A DNA stretch of 64,000 nt from a bacterium (GTDB lineage: Bacteria > Patescibacteriota > Patescibacteriia > HK-STAS-PATE-3), in assembly GCA_043800725.1 (NCBI GenBank), contig JAZDMR010000009.1, forward strand, positions 26,662 through 90,661, written 5' to 3'. The position numbers and the translations under genes were made by a program. Below the pieces are notes generated by a model. The model ran no database searches. It saw nothing but the letters and a program-made list of their open reading frames with translations, and was not told where the DNA came from. This document shows, piece after piece, positions 10,688 to 20,148 of this stretch (within the stretch, counting starts at the first letter, position 1; each line of letters opens with the position of its first letter).

Positions 10688-11035
10688 TTAATTGGCTGAT
10701 AGTCCGGTTTTGTTTTCTATGTTACCTACTCGGTGGGTCAGCTCGACCAGCTCGAACCGATAGGCGGCTTGGTCCAGGCGGAGCTCTACTCCATCCAGGC
10801 GCTGTTCAACACCGTCCAAGCGCTGTTCAACAGTGTTTAATCTTAGATCAATAATATCAAATCGCTTATCAATTGCATCAAATCCTTGTTTTACATAACC
10901 AGCCAAATCTTCAATAGATTGAGCTATTCTGTCTATTTTAACCTCAAGACTATCTACCTTGGTGGCTAAATTATCTAAAGTTAGCTCGTCTTTCACTTTT
11001 TTATACCCTTTTTGCCACCATGATGTCATGGGCAT
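10688..11035 (-). CDS. small coiled-coil heptad-repeat protein
   Basis: RLNTVEQ/RLDGVEQ/RLDGVEL heptads; paralog of 13660-13860. Confidence 0.75.
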   Translation of the reverse strand: MPMTSWWQKGYKKVKDELTLDNLATKVDSLEVKIDRIAQSIEDLAGYVKQGFDAIDKRFDIIDLRLNTVEQRLDGVEQRLDGVELRLDQAAYRFELVELTHRVGNIENKTGLSAN

Positions 11036-11084
11036 ATGTTAACTTGCCACTTATCCATTGTCAATCAAGCAATTCTAACTTGAA

Positions 11085-12467
11085 TCAAAACGGAATATCA
11101 TCCAGGCTCTTGGCAACGCGATAACTATTGAATATCCCTTTCTTGAGTTTATTATCTTTTATAAATTTCTTTTGTTGCTGCTTTATTTCTTTTTTACTCA
11201 AGGTGTTCAAATCGGCTAAAGATTTTCTCGACGATTTAATAAATTTTTTATCCGCTTTAATTATTTCTTGATTAACTTTCAAGGCTAAATCATTTATACC
11301 TACTAGTTTAATGCCGTCCAGAGTCTTCACCCTAGAAAGCGCTACATAACCCATGCCGTATTCAAATGTTTTCCCTAAATCAATTTCTGCACAATCCAAA
11401 CTCATCCCCTGACTCTTATGAACCGTTATGGCCCAGGCTAACCTAAGGGGCACCTGGCTAATTGAGGAAATCACTCGACCATCATCTTCGATCACCCACC
11501 TTTCCGGTGTGGCAATAATTTTCTTACCCTGTACCGTTTCAACGATTGGATAGCCCTCTTCTTCATCAAAGCCTATTACCTTGCCTAGTGTGCCATTGAT
11601 ATACCCTTTGCTAAAATTATTTTTCACAAACATAACAACCGCACCTATTTTTAGCCTGAGTATTTCCGGAGCCAAACAATAACTATTTTTAAGGTTTTCA
11701 ACTAATTGCTGAACACCTTCTGAGTCCATCTGATAGTTAACCTCATCCTCTGTTAACTTACTAAGTTCAGAATTATTCTCAGCATCAACGTTTCTATTAT
11801 GAGTATATAATTTTGTTGGTTTTATATTGCCTTTTATTGATTCCTTAAACCTGGTATGTAAGATATCTACGGTCTCATCGGTTGTTTTATTCGATCGAAT
11901 ATCAGTTAACAGTTGCGAAAACTGCTCATCCTTTTGTCGGTGCTGTTCCTCTAGGTAACAAATCTTTATAGCCATATTATTCCAGATATCCGATTCAATA
12001 ACAAAACGACCATCTTCGTCTTTATGCTTTTTAACCGGTGGCAACTGGAATAAATCACCACACAAAATTATTTGAATACCTCCAAATGGCCGTAAGTCCT
12101 GCCGGAAAGCCTGACAAATAGTATTTACCAAATCCAAACGCTCCGCATTGAGCATGGAAATTTCATCAATTATCAAAACCTTAGCGTCTTCAATCCGTGA
12201 GGTCAGATATTCCTTTTCCCTCAAACTATTGATTTGCGCTTCATTCAAAATATTATTAATGCCCATACCGCACCAAGAATGAATGGTCCGACCGTTTAAA
12301 TGCGTGGCCGCCAAACCAGATGTGGCGGTAACTGCTATATCAATACCATTCCTCTTTAAATAACTAACATATTTATTTAGCAGATATGTTTTACCGCTTC
12401 CGGCGGGCCCAGTCAAAAAAACATTATGACCTAACTTGAGAATGTCTAGCGCCTCTTCTTGTTTCAT
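11085..12467 (-). CDS. Pif1-like (SF1B) DNA helicase
   Basis: GPAGSGKT, IIDEISM, GDLFQLPPV, LAWAITVHKSQGMS, YVALSR. Confidence 0.93.
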   Translation of the reverse strand: MKQEEALDILKLGHNVFLTGPAGSGKTYLLNKYVSYLKRNGIDIAVTATSGLAATHLNGRTIHSWCGMGINNILNEAQINSLREKEYLTSRIEDAKVLIIDEISMLNAERLDLVNTICQAFRQDLRPFGGIQIILCGDLFQLPPVKKHKDEDGRFVIESDIWNNMAIKICYLEEQHRQKDEQFSQLLTDIRSNKTTDETVDILHTRFKESIKGNIKPTKLYTHNRNVDAENNSELSKLTEDEVNYQMDSEGVQQLVENLKNSYCLAPEILRLKIGAVVMFVKNNFSKGYINGTLGKVIGFDEEEGYPIVETVQGKKIIATPERWVIEDDGRVISSISQVPLRLAWAITVHKSQGMSLDCAEIDLGKTFEYGMGYVALSRVKTLDGIKLVGINDLALKVNQEIIKADKKFIKSSRKSLADLNTLSKKEIKQQQKKFIKDNKLKKGIFNSYRVAKSLDDIPF

Positions 12468-12548
12468 GTTCTAATCTAGTATTAAAATTGCCTAATCTCA
12501 ACCCAAAACCCCCTAGACTAAATACCAAGGGGGTTTTATCTACTTATT

Positions 12549-13121
12549 CTATTTCTTCTTCTTAGCCACCTTCTTGACTGTCTTTTTATTAGCTTTCTTG
12601 GGAATATTCTTTGTTTCCTCGGGCTTTTCTGAATCGGGCTTGGTAATAATTTCTTTGGTTGTAGATTCTTTCTTGGTCGCTCCTGGATCCAGTAAATCTA
12701 TTATCTTATCCAATTTGTTGCTTAGAGATTTCAGTTGTTCTGATATCTGTTTGTTCCCGACGCCTTCTCTGTCTCCGCCACCATGCCTTACTCCACCGCG
12801 CCGATCACCGGATCTGTCCTCTTTATTAAAACATTCACTGCAGTATATGGGTTTTCCGCTAGTTGGTCTAAATGGCACTTCACAGCTCTTGCCGCACTTA
12901 TCACAAGTTGCCGAGTACATTTGCCGATCACCTGATCTACCAAAACCACGATCTCCTGATCTGCCGTGATCGCGTCCGCCTGACCTTCCCTGGAATCTGT
13001 CTCCTTGTTGCTCAAAACATGAGCTGCATAAAACCGGCTTGCTGCCAGTCGGCTTAAACGGCACTTCACAGCTCTTGCCGCACTTGCTACAGGTTGCTTG
13101 AAACATTTTTTTATCGTACAT
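12549..13121 (-). CDS. CxxC-x17-CxxC domain protein (two copies, Arg/Gly-rich linkers)
   Basis: ATC.KCGKSCEVPF.P...KP..CS.CF occurs twice. Confidence 0.9.
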   Translation of the reverse strand: MYDKKMFQATCSKCGKSCEVPFKPTGSKPVLCSSCFEQQGDRFQGRSGGRDHGRSGDRGFGRSGDRQMYSATCDKCGKSCEVPFRPTSGKPIYCSECFNKEDRSGDRRGGVRHGGGDREGVGNKQISEQLKSLSNKLDKIIDLLDPGATKKESTTKEIITKPDSEKPEETKNIPKKANKKTVKKVAKKKK

Positions 13122-13140
13122 TATTTATTAAATTAGTTAT

Positions 13141-13515
13141 TTATGCTTCTTCTTCATTTTTAAAAACATACAAATTCCTTGCTTCTTTAAAATTATCTAG
13201 TATATTTTCTATTATTTTATCAATCTTATTTGCCTTATTGCGATCCTCTTTAAGTGTCCCGGAATCTCTTGAATTTAATACACCAATATTTAGAGCAACT
13301 AATTCCTGCCACATTCTAAAAAAGTCTTCTCGGGATAAAAGCGCAAATTCAGATTCAGACTCAGTTACTTCTTCAATTGAATTTAATATATCGTATACCT
13401 CATCCCATTCTTGTTTATCAGCACTTGTTTTTAATTCTTCAAAATTGCTAATTAATGCAGTTTTTTCTGTTTTAGTTTCTGGCGGCTGTAGCCCCTCTGA
13501 TATTTCTCTTAACAT
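13141..13515 (-). CDS. hypothetical protein
   Basis: 124-aa acidic, helical-looking ORF co-oriented with neighbours. Confidence 0.6.
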   Translation of the reverse strand: MLREISEGLQPPETKTEKTALISNFEELKTSADKQEWDEVYDILNSIEEVTESESEFALLSREDFFRMWQELVALNIGVLNSRDSGTLKEDRNKANKIDKIIENILDNFKEARNLYVFKNEEEA

Positions 13516-13659
13516 GTCTTTATCTTTTAATAATTAATATACTATTACTATTATTACACCCCTATCCTACACCAAATCTGTTCCTATTGTAAATGATAAA
13601 GGAAGTCTAGCGCAGACTCATTGGAGATTCTTTGTTCTGTCGTACGTCGGAACTCAGAT

Positions 13660-13917
13660 TTACAGCCCGACCTTATTTTCTATTATATCAACCCTATGAG
13701 TCAGCTCAATCATTTCAAATCGACAAGCGACTTGATTTAAACGTAATCGCATCTCATCTTGGTTTAGCTCTAACCTATCAAGACGTCCCTCAATACCACT
13801 GAATCGACCATCAATATCCTTGAATCGCTCTTCAACACCATAAAAACCCTGTTTGACCATAAATGCTAAATCCTCAATAGACCTAGCTAAGTCTTTTTAT
13901 TGTTACCTCTTTTTCAT
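13660..13917 (-). pseudogene. coiled-coil paralog with disrupted 5' end
   Basis: Similarity (SIEDLA..VKQGF) extends upstream of the ORF start at 13860. The ATG at 13917 is in frame but followed by two TAA, consistent with compensating -1/+1 slips in A-tracts. Confidence 0.6.
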
Positions 13918-14145
13918 TATCCTCATTCCTTTTTGCTACCTATGCATCATGTTTATAGATTAGCCTGGTTAAATATTATTATTAATTTTGAACCGACTAT
14001 TTTATTAATTCATTCCAAATCAAGCCGAGGGCATGCTTGACAATTTCAAAATTACTTGATACTTTTTGATGTTTATGAGAGCTTTTTAAGGTACCTTGAA
14101 AATTCTAAGTCACTTGACTGCTGGACTTGAAAGAGGAGGAATGTG

Positions 14146-14814
14146 CATGTCATATAGTCTTAGTAAACGAGTTTGGAACCGTGCTGATGAGTCTGTGGGT
14201 CACGATCTGTCCAAGACTTGTTATATTGGTTTGGTTAGCGGTCTGACTGTTTATGGATTGATTATTGCCACGGTCATTGCCGGCATTGCTATGTACTGTC
14301 CTTCAAACAGTGTTTGGCTTGTTCTGGGTTCGGGTCTGGGTATTTCCTTACTTGGAATCTTGGTTATCCTGGGCAGTGATATCTGGCTGGCTTCCATGAG
14401 TGGATATACCATAATGATTTTTGGTCTGGGTATGATAAGATGATCTTGGTGTCAACAGCTGGCGCAACTCTAGTCATAGCCCTCATCGGCATAATAATTC
14501 CGTTCGCGATATATGGCTTGGGCGGATTCTTGATTAATGTGCTTCTTGTTTCGGTCATGGTCCGGCTTAGACAGATAGTTATTGCCTTCACTATTTTCGA
14601 TGGATCGATCTGGTACATGAAGTATATTGAGTATGGCGCGGTTCTACTTCTCACTCTCTACATTGTTAACAATTGGAAACGTGCCATGAACCTTCCACGC
14701 ACAATCGAAAATGCCATGGATTGCGCTCTGGCAAACCTTCTGGATGTTTTCAATCTGATCTATACTTTACTGCGCTTTACAGGTTCCCGGATAACATCCC
14801 TGGTGCGTAGGTAG
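14146..14814 (+). pseudogene. split Bax-inhibitor-1/YccA-family membrane protein (ORFs 14096/14146-14443 and 14440-14814)
   Basis: Hydrophobic ORFs overlapping at ATGA; C-terminal NAMDCALANLLDVFNL..LLR is BI-1-like; SD AGAGGAGG before ATG. Confidence 0.65.
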
Positions 14815-14842
14815 TTCACATGTTCATTAAATCCTCTATATC

Positions 14843-14878
14843 AAACACCCTTTGTTTTAAATGATAAAGGGTGTTTTT
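14843..14878. terminator. intrinsic terminator between convergent genes
   Basis: AAACACCCTTT...AAAGGGTGTTTTT inverted repeat. Confidence 0.65.
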
Positions 14879-14911
14879 ATTTATCCTAATTCTTAACCTA
14901 TCACCAAATAA

Positions 14912-15091
14912 CTATTGTCCTAAGAACTTGAACAGCTCATAAACCAGAAATACCGGCCAGACTATGGCTTTGAGAAAACCCAAAACGCCAACCCAAAAAG
15001 AGCCGGCTTCACTTATGAAATATACTGCCGCACCGATTAAGCCTAATCCGTAAATGGCTCCGCCTGGTGCACCATCACTTACTTTGCTCAT
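14912..15091 (-). CDS. small 2-TM membrane protein (59 aa, absent from ORF track)
   Basis: MSKVSDGAPGGAIYGLGLIGAAVYFISEAGSFWVGVLGFLKAIVWPVFLVYELFKFLGQ*; resembles a conserved uncharacterised small-protein family (recalled, not searched). Confidence 0.8.
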   Translation of the reverse strand: MSKVSDGAPGGAIYGLGLIGAAVYFISEAGSFWVGVLGFLKAIVWPVFLVYELFKFLGQ

Positions 15092-15298
15092 ATTTTAATC
15101 TATAATTAATAGTGAATACTTCTTAATCATAATAGCTCCAACTGAATTTAAATTCAAACAGCAATCTATTATAATTTCTGTCATGTTATAAAAAAAACAG
15201 GACATGATCTAGCTTCAAGGGAAGGTTTATCTTCCATCAAAGTAGATTCATGTCCTGATTAGGTGCTGGGTTTAATCTTTGATCTTCTGGTATCCCTG

Positions 15299-16474
15299 TT
15301 AGGCTGCTTTTACCCGTTTTAATGCCCTGCTCCCTGGAGGGTTCAGGCCAGCCAGTTTCGGAAGCACGAATAGGCCGTCTTTACGAACCAGTACGCCATC
15401 AAACCAGATCTCGCCTCCTCCGGCCGACTTTCGCTGGTCGCAAACAATGTCCCAGTGGATGCTTGAATGGTTACCGTTAGGAGCCATTTTATAAGCATTA
15501 CCAGGAGTCAGGTGGAATGTTCCTCCAACCTTTTCATCGAACAGCGTATCGCCCACTATTCGGGTAATATCCCAATTTATACCCAGAGCAAATTCTCCAA
15601 AGCGACGGCTGCCTTCGTCAGTATCCAGCATTATATTCATATTTATTTCATTGCCGGTCTGACAAGTGGCTTTGATAATCCGACCGTTATTAATCTCAAA
15701 TCGAATGTTGCCGTATGCTTCACCGTTCTTGGCAACGGAAGTGGTGTTGTACTGAATTGTGCCATTAGCAGAATCCAGCACCGGAGCAGTGTAAATTTCG
15801 CCGTCCGGTTTGTTTCGTTTTCCCACGCAAGGAACTACCGGAATACCTTTAATGCTGAAAGTAAGATCTGTGCCCGGACCGACAATCCGAACTTGGTCAG
15901 TTTTTTCCATTAGCTTAACCAACGGACCGACCGCTTTTACCATGGCAGGGTAGTCTGCCAAGACTGCTTTAAAAAAGAACTCCTCGGCCTCAACCTTGGG
16001 TATGCCCATCATCTGGGCAAAGCTATCGGTGGGCCAACCGGTCAGCACCCAGCGCGAATGATCAATTTGTTCAGGCAGGCACATACCATTAAGTATGCTA
16101 CTGACTCTCTGTCGGATATCAGGCAAGACAGCCTTTGCTTCATAGGGGTTTTGAATACCCCGAATAACCAAGTTCACGTCAGAGCCTAAATACCTCAGGT
16201 ATTGAGACGCCGCCTCGATTCGCAAGCTGCGATCTGTGCAGGTTGCTCTGGATGCGGCCGTGATCGAATCGTCATGCAGCCAGGGATCCAGCATCACTCC
16301 GCCCGCCTTCTTTACCGCCTGGATGATTGCCAGGATCATTTGTTTGGGCACGCAAGTTGCTGCTTTTAAAAAGACTATATCGCCCTTCTTGACTCTGGTC
16401 GAATAGCCAACCAGACCCTCGGCCAACTTTACATATCTTGGATCCATCCTTCCCTCCTTTACTTGATTTGTCAA
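15299..16474 (-). CDS. M29-family aminopeptidase (AmpS/AmpT-like)
   Basis: N.PDGEIYTAP, FGEFALG, LFDEKVGGTFH, S.IHWD. Confidence 0.92.
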   Translation of the reverse strand: MTNQVKEGRMDPRYVKLAEGLVGYSTRVKKGDIVFLKAATCVPKQMILAIIQAVKKAGGVMLDPWLHDDSITAASRATCTDRSLRIEAASQYLRYLGSDVNLVIRGIQNPYEAKAVLPDIRQRVSSILNGMCLPEQIDHSRWVLTGWPTDSFAQMMGIPKVEAEEFFFKAVLADYPAMVKAVGPLVKLMEKTDQVRIVGPGTDLTFSIKGIPVVPCVGKRNKPDGEIYTAPVLDSANGTIQYNTTSVAKNGEAYGNIRFEINNGRIIKATCQTGNEINMNIMLDTDEGSRRFGEFALGINWDITRIVGDTLFDEKVGGTFHLTPGNAYKMAPNGNHSSIHWDIVCDQRKSAGGGEIWFDGVLVRKDGLFVLPKLAGLNPPGSRALKRVKAA

Positions 16475-16635
16475 TCAGCGAACAACATCAATAACTTTCA
16501 TCCCCTCCAAAAAGATGACTTATTCAATGAATCGAACTTAGCAAGCAGATTAATAACAGTCAAGGTGAAACAACACGTAACCTAAAACGAGTCTACTTTG
16601 TAGACATGCGCAAGATGAAGTATTGATTGAACCGC

Positions 16636-16710
16636 TGGAGCGAGTAACGGGAATCGAACCCGTGTCTCGACCTTGGGAAGGTCACATAATAACCACTATA
16701 CGATACTCGC
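16636..16710 (-). tRNA. tRNA-Gly(CCC)
   Basis: GCGAGTA...TACTCGC-T-CCA; anticodon arm GACC-TTCCCAA-GGTC; GGTTCGATTCC. Confidence 0.95.
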
Positions 16711-16718
16711 AAAAACTA

Positions 16719-17504
16719 TTATTGATGATTATGCCTCTTATAAAAATTTATTATTTCCACAAATAAACCGTGCTTCTTTTCTGATTTCAGCGGCGAATGA
16801 TTCGTATCATGAACCCAATACAATTTTTTCTCCTGAGAAGCAACTTTTTCATAGATATATTCGGCACTATGCGGTTTGATCATGCTATCATGGAGCGAAT
16901 AGACCAGCATTACCGGCAAATTAATCCTTTTTATTTGCTCTCGACTAATCTTTAAAAATTCCATAAATCTTTTAAAGGCTCTCAGGGGCACTTCCAAATA
17001 ACCTCCGCTTAGTTGATACTCTGACTTATTTTTATCCTTTAGCCAATATTTTTTTACTGAAAATATAAACGGTAACGCTAGAGGAAGAATTATTTTTTTC
17101 CACCACTCGCCATAAATATATATGGGGGTAGCCAAGAGTACCAAGCCGGTAAACTTATGCTGTGAACGAATGGCTAAGTCCACCAGCAAATCTCCACCAA
17201 AAGAGTTGCCAACCAGCATTATATTGTCAGTGGTTTGTTCTAGCTTTTTTAACCCCTCATCTAGAGATTTTGCCCAATCATCAGTTGTGGTTTTTGCTAA
17301 ATCATGAACATTGGTGCCATGGCCCGCTAACCTTTTCACCAGGACTGTGGCGTTTTCTTTATTCAAAGCCGTGGCCAACTCGCTTAAATCATTAGTCGAG
17401 CCCGCCAATCCATGGGTCATTAATACGCCGGATCGTCCTCCCTGCAAATAAATATCCTGCGCGTTTTTGTTTATTTCCATTGTTTCTGCTTGACTTGTCT
17501 CCAC
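16719..17504 (-). CDS. alpha/beta hydrolase (carboxylesterase-like)
   Basis: HGLAGS, LAGHGT, nucleophile elbow GNSFGG, catalytic D and H near the C-terminus. Confidence 0.9.
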   Translation of the reverse strand: METSQAETMEINKNAQDIYLQGGRSGVLMTHGLAGSTNDLSELATALNKENATVLVKRLAGHGTNVHDLAKTTTDDWAKSLDEGLKKLEQTTDNIMLVGNSFGGDLLVDLAIRSQHKFTGLVLLATPIYIYGEWWKKIILPLALPFIFSVKKYWLKDKNKSEYQLSGGYLEVPLRAFKRFMEFLKISREQIKRINLPVMLVYSLHDSMIKPHSAEYIYEKVASQEKKLYWVHDTNHSPLKSEKKHGLFVEIINFYKRHNHQ

Positions 17505-17542
17505 TGTATTAGATATCCTACCTTTCGTTGGTTGGTAATCTT

Positions 17543-17618
17543 GCCGAAGTAGCTCAGCTGGCAGAGCAATGCTTTCGTAAAGCAGAGGTCGTGGGTTCGA
17601 TTCCCACCTTCGGCTCCA
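17543..17618 (+). tRNA. tRNA-Thr(CGT)
   Basis: GCCGAAG...CTTCGGC-T-CCA; anticodon loop TT-CGT-AA; GGTTCGATTCC. Confidence 0.95.
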
Positions 17619-17948
17619 ATCTATAATTTTTTAAGCTCTCGGAGCCTGTCTCCCACACTTGATGCGAAATAAGGGATGGGTCTTCGGTTCTCCGCCACAG
17701 ATTATTATTTAATAGCCTTTTTTGCGGATCAGCTTTCGGCTGAAAATCCGACCGATGTCTCCAAGGGCGGCTGACGATATAATGCTTTGCCTGCCTCGAA
17801 CACAAACTTTTGTAACTGCTTCAGGGTAAAGCAAAGGTCATAGGTTCTCCTCCACAGATAACTTTTTAATTAGCAAGGTCTGATCAGTCTTCTGCCCCAG
17901 ATAAAATTACCACCTACGAAAAAGTGCTGGTATTTTTTATGCCTTATT

Positions 17949-19043
17949 TTAAGTTGTCGGACTATCTTTGCTGATTACTGTTGAGTTAGCCTTATCCCAG
18001 CTGTAATCTTTTGCCAGCAACCAAACTGAGGTTTGTGCTAATTCATCATTGATAAAATCATCAACCGTTTTTGTCCTTATTAGAATATGCCTTGCTCTGA
18101 AAGTCGGTACATCATTTTCATCCAGCACTTTTTCTTCCAGCTTGATAATATGATATCCGTAAGCAGTTTTAACCACATCGGAAATTTCCCCTTCTTCTAA
18201 AGATATAACTGCTTGCTCAAAAGACTCAACCATCTCACCCAAACCGAAATATCCTAAATCTCCGCCGTTGGAGGCGGTTGATTCATCCTGGCTGTATTGC
18301 TCAGCTACTTGTTCAAAGGGTTCGGATCCGTCTCCGTCTTTTACTCGAGCCAAAACCGCTTCAGCTAGCTCTCTAACGTCATTATTCAGTTCTTGATCCT
18401 CTGAAATCTTTTCTTGCAGTTTAGTTCTAACCAAATACGGCCTGATTACTTTTTCTTTAAAAGTCGCCGCATCCCAATTATATAATTCACGGATATTTTT
18501 TTCGACATCAGCCAAATCACCTGATTGTTCGCTGACTGAATCAAACTCAGCATCAACATCCGTCTGGCTGACGCTTACCCCTTGCTTGGTAGCTATCTGG
18601 TTTGTCATCTTATCCCTGATCAGCTTTGTTAAAACTACCCCTTCAATCTCCGTAGTTTCAGGCATGGGAAAAAGTTCAGGATTTAATTCTTCTTGTTTTG
18701 AATAGTAATAGGACAATGTTTCAGTGTCTTCCCGGTATACAGTATAGGAAATTGGACTGCTGTTTACAAAGATTATGGGATATCGCAGAGTTTTGGCCAC
18801 TGAATCAACAGCTGGTGTTTTCCAGACAAAGCCGTAAACTCCCACAGCCACAAAGCCTAAATATAAAACAACAATCGCTAAAGCGATAACAATAGTCTTT
18901 TTCACAATTTTTGAATTATTGTTTGTTATATTCATCGCGCTTTGATTTAATCCAGCCTCTTTTGGGACAATATCTGACTGATTAATCCTAGCTGGATCTT
19001 TTGTATTTTTGGCATTTGTTTTTTGGGATATTTTGTCAGTCAT
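17949..19043 (-). CDS. PrsA/SurA-like parvulin peptidyl-prolyl isomerase
   Basis: TM anchor, SurA-N-like region, FE.VA..YSQD..TA.NGGDLG.F, VKT.YGYHII. Confidence 0.9.
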   Translation of the reverse strand: MTDKISQKTNAKNTKDPARINQSDIVPKEAGLNQSAMNITNNNSKIVKKTIVIALAIVVLYLGFVAVGVYGFVWKTPAVDSVAKTLRYPIIFVNSSPISYTVYREDTETLSYYYSKQEELNPELFPMPETTEIEGVVLTKLIRDKMTNQIATKQGVSVSQTDVDAEFDSVSEQSGDLADVEKNIRELYNWDAATFKEKVIRPYLVRTKLQEKISEDQELNNDVRELAEAVLARVKDGDGSEPFEQVAEQYSQDESTASNGGDLGYFGLGEMVESFEQAVISLEEGEISDVVKTAYGYHIIKLEEKVLDENDVPTFRARHILIRTKTVDDFINDELAQTSVWLLAKDYSWDKANSTVISKDSPTT

Positions 19044-19094
19044 ATATTTAGATTATTTCTTATCAAGAATACTTGATTTAATTTAATATGTCAA

Positions 19095-19529
19095 TCAATT
19101 GCTAAAAATAAAATTCCACCATTTTTGAGGGTTGGGCTGTTCAATCAGGACAGCTGTTGAATTATTTTCAGCCCCTTTAGAGCTATTAGCGTTATCGGTA
19201 ACTGATTCAGGAATGTTCAAAACTGTTTCTCCTGGCTTTTTTAAGCCTAACTTGATTCTTGCTTCCTGTTCTTGATAGTCAGTACTTTTTAAATAAGAAA
19301 TCAATGAGCTCAATTCATCATTTCTCCCTTCCAGTAGCTCAATTTCACCTTTTAAATCATCAACTTCATCAGTTATTGCATGCCTACGAATCACTTCCTC
19401 AACTATGGCAAAACTGACAAATCCGAAGATTATCAAAGCGATTATTAAAACCACTCGGGTTTTAAGAAGAGCGGATATGCCTTTTTTCTTTTTCATGGGC
19501 AGTTTTCTAGTCATGATTGGTTTGCTCAA
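19095..19529 (-). CDS. septum formation initiator family (FtsB/DivIC-like)
   Basis: TM, coiled coil and AR.KLGL.KPGE. Confidence 0.85.
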   Translation of the reverse strand: MSKPIMTRKLPMKKKKGISALLKTRVVLIIALIIFGFVSFAIVEEVIRRHAITDEVDDLKGEIELLEGRNDELSSLISYLKSTDYQEQEARIKLGLKKPGETVLNIPESVTDNANSSKGAENNSTAVLIEQPNPQKWWNFIFSN

Positions 19530-20037
19530 TCGCCGGACTTGAACCTTCCATTTGATCTTGTAATTCAGTTAATAAATCCTGAATCTGTTCGGGATTATGA
19601 ATATAATCAAGCATTATTTTTCCCTGCGTCCCGGCTGTCTGGATGGTAATAGTACCATAGTGAAACATGGTTGGCGCCATTCCTTTGATCGAGTAGCTTA
19701 CATCTTGAATTTTTCTATAGATTGTTTCGGATACCGTCCGATTAAAAAATCCTTTTTGATCGATATCAATCAGCCTTTGATCAGTAACTATTAGCACATT
19801 CAAAGACCAAATATACCACGAGCGATAGATCATAATTCCCGAAAATACCAGTATGACAGCAAAGACTATCATGCCCCACCAATAATTATTTATAAAGTAC
19901 GTCATAAAAAAGAAATCTAGCAACATTAAAAGCCCAAAAACAGTCAGTCTTATTATTATAAACAAAGCATATCGCTTAACTATCCTAAGAATTGTTTCGC
20001 CTTCTTTTAAATTTTTGCTAAGATACTTGTTAAGCAT
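19507..20037 (-). CDS. bacterial PH-domain membrane protein
   Basis: 2 TM; IVTDQRLIDIDQKGFF, YGTITIQTAG. Confidence 0.85.
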   Translation of the reverse strand: MLNKYLSKNLKEGETILRIVKRYALFIIIRLTVFGLLMLLDFFFMTYFINNYWWGMIVFAVILVFSGIMIYRSWYIWSLNVLIVTDQRLIDIDQKGFFNRTVSETIYRKIQDVSYSIKGMAPTMFHYGTITIQTAGTQGKIMLDYIHNPEQIQDLLTELQDQMEGSSPAIEQTNHD

Positions 20038-20145
20038 ATGAAACGGAAAAATGTTGTTAAAATAACCTGGATAATTATCGCTACGCTGATGATCGTGGGG
20101 ATGCTGTTGTTTACGATCTCCCCTCTTTTATCCAGCCTTTTTTAG
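20038..20145 (+). CDS. small single-TM protein (35 aa, absent from ORF track)
   Basis: MKRKNVVKITWIIIATLMIVGMLLFTISPLLSSLF*; fills the whole intergenic gap. Confidence 0.6.
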   Translation: MKRKNVVKITWIIIATLMIVGMLLFTISPLLSSLF

Positions 20146-20148
20146 ATT

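Noticed and set aside
17625-17860. Integrated element at tRNA-Thr
   Set aside because: Only an SD-ATG with a quickly interrupted frame; no integrase and no duplicated tRNA 3' end seen in the window.
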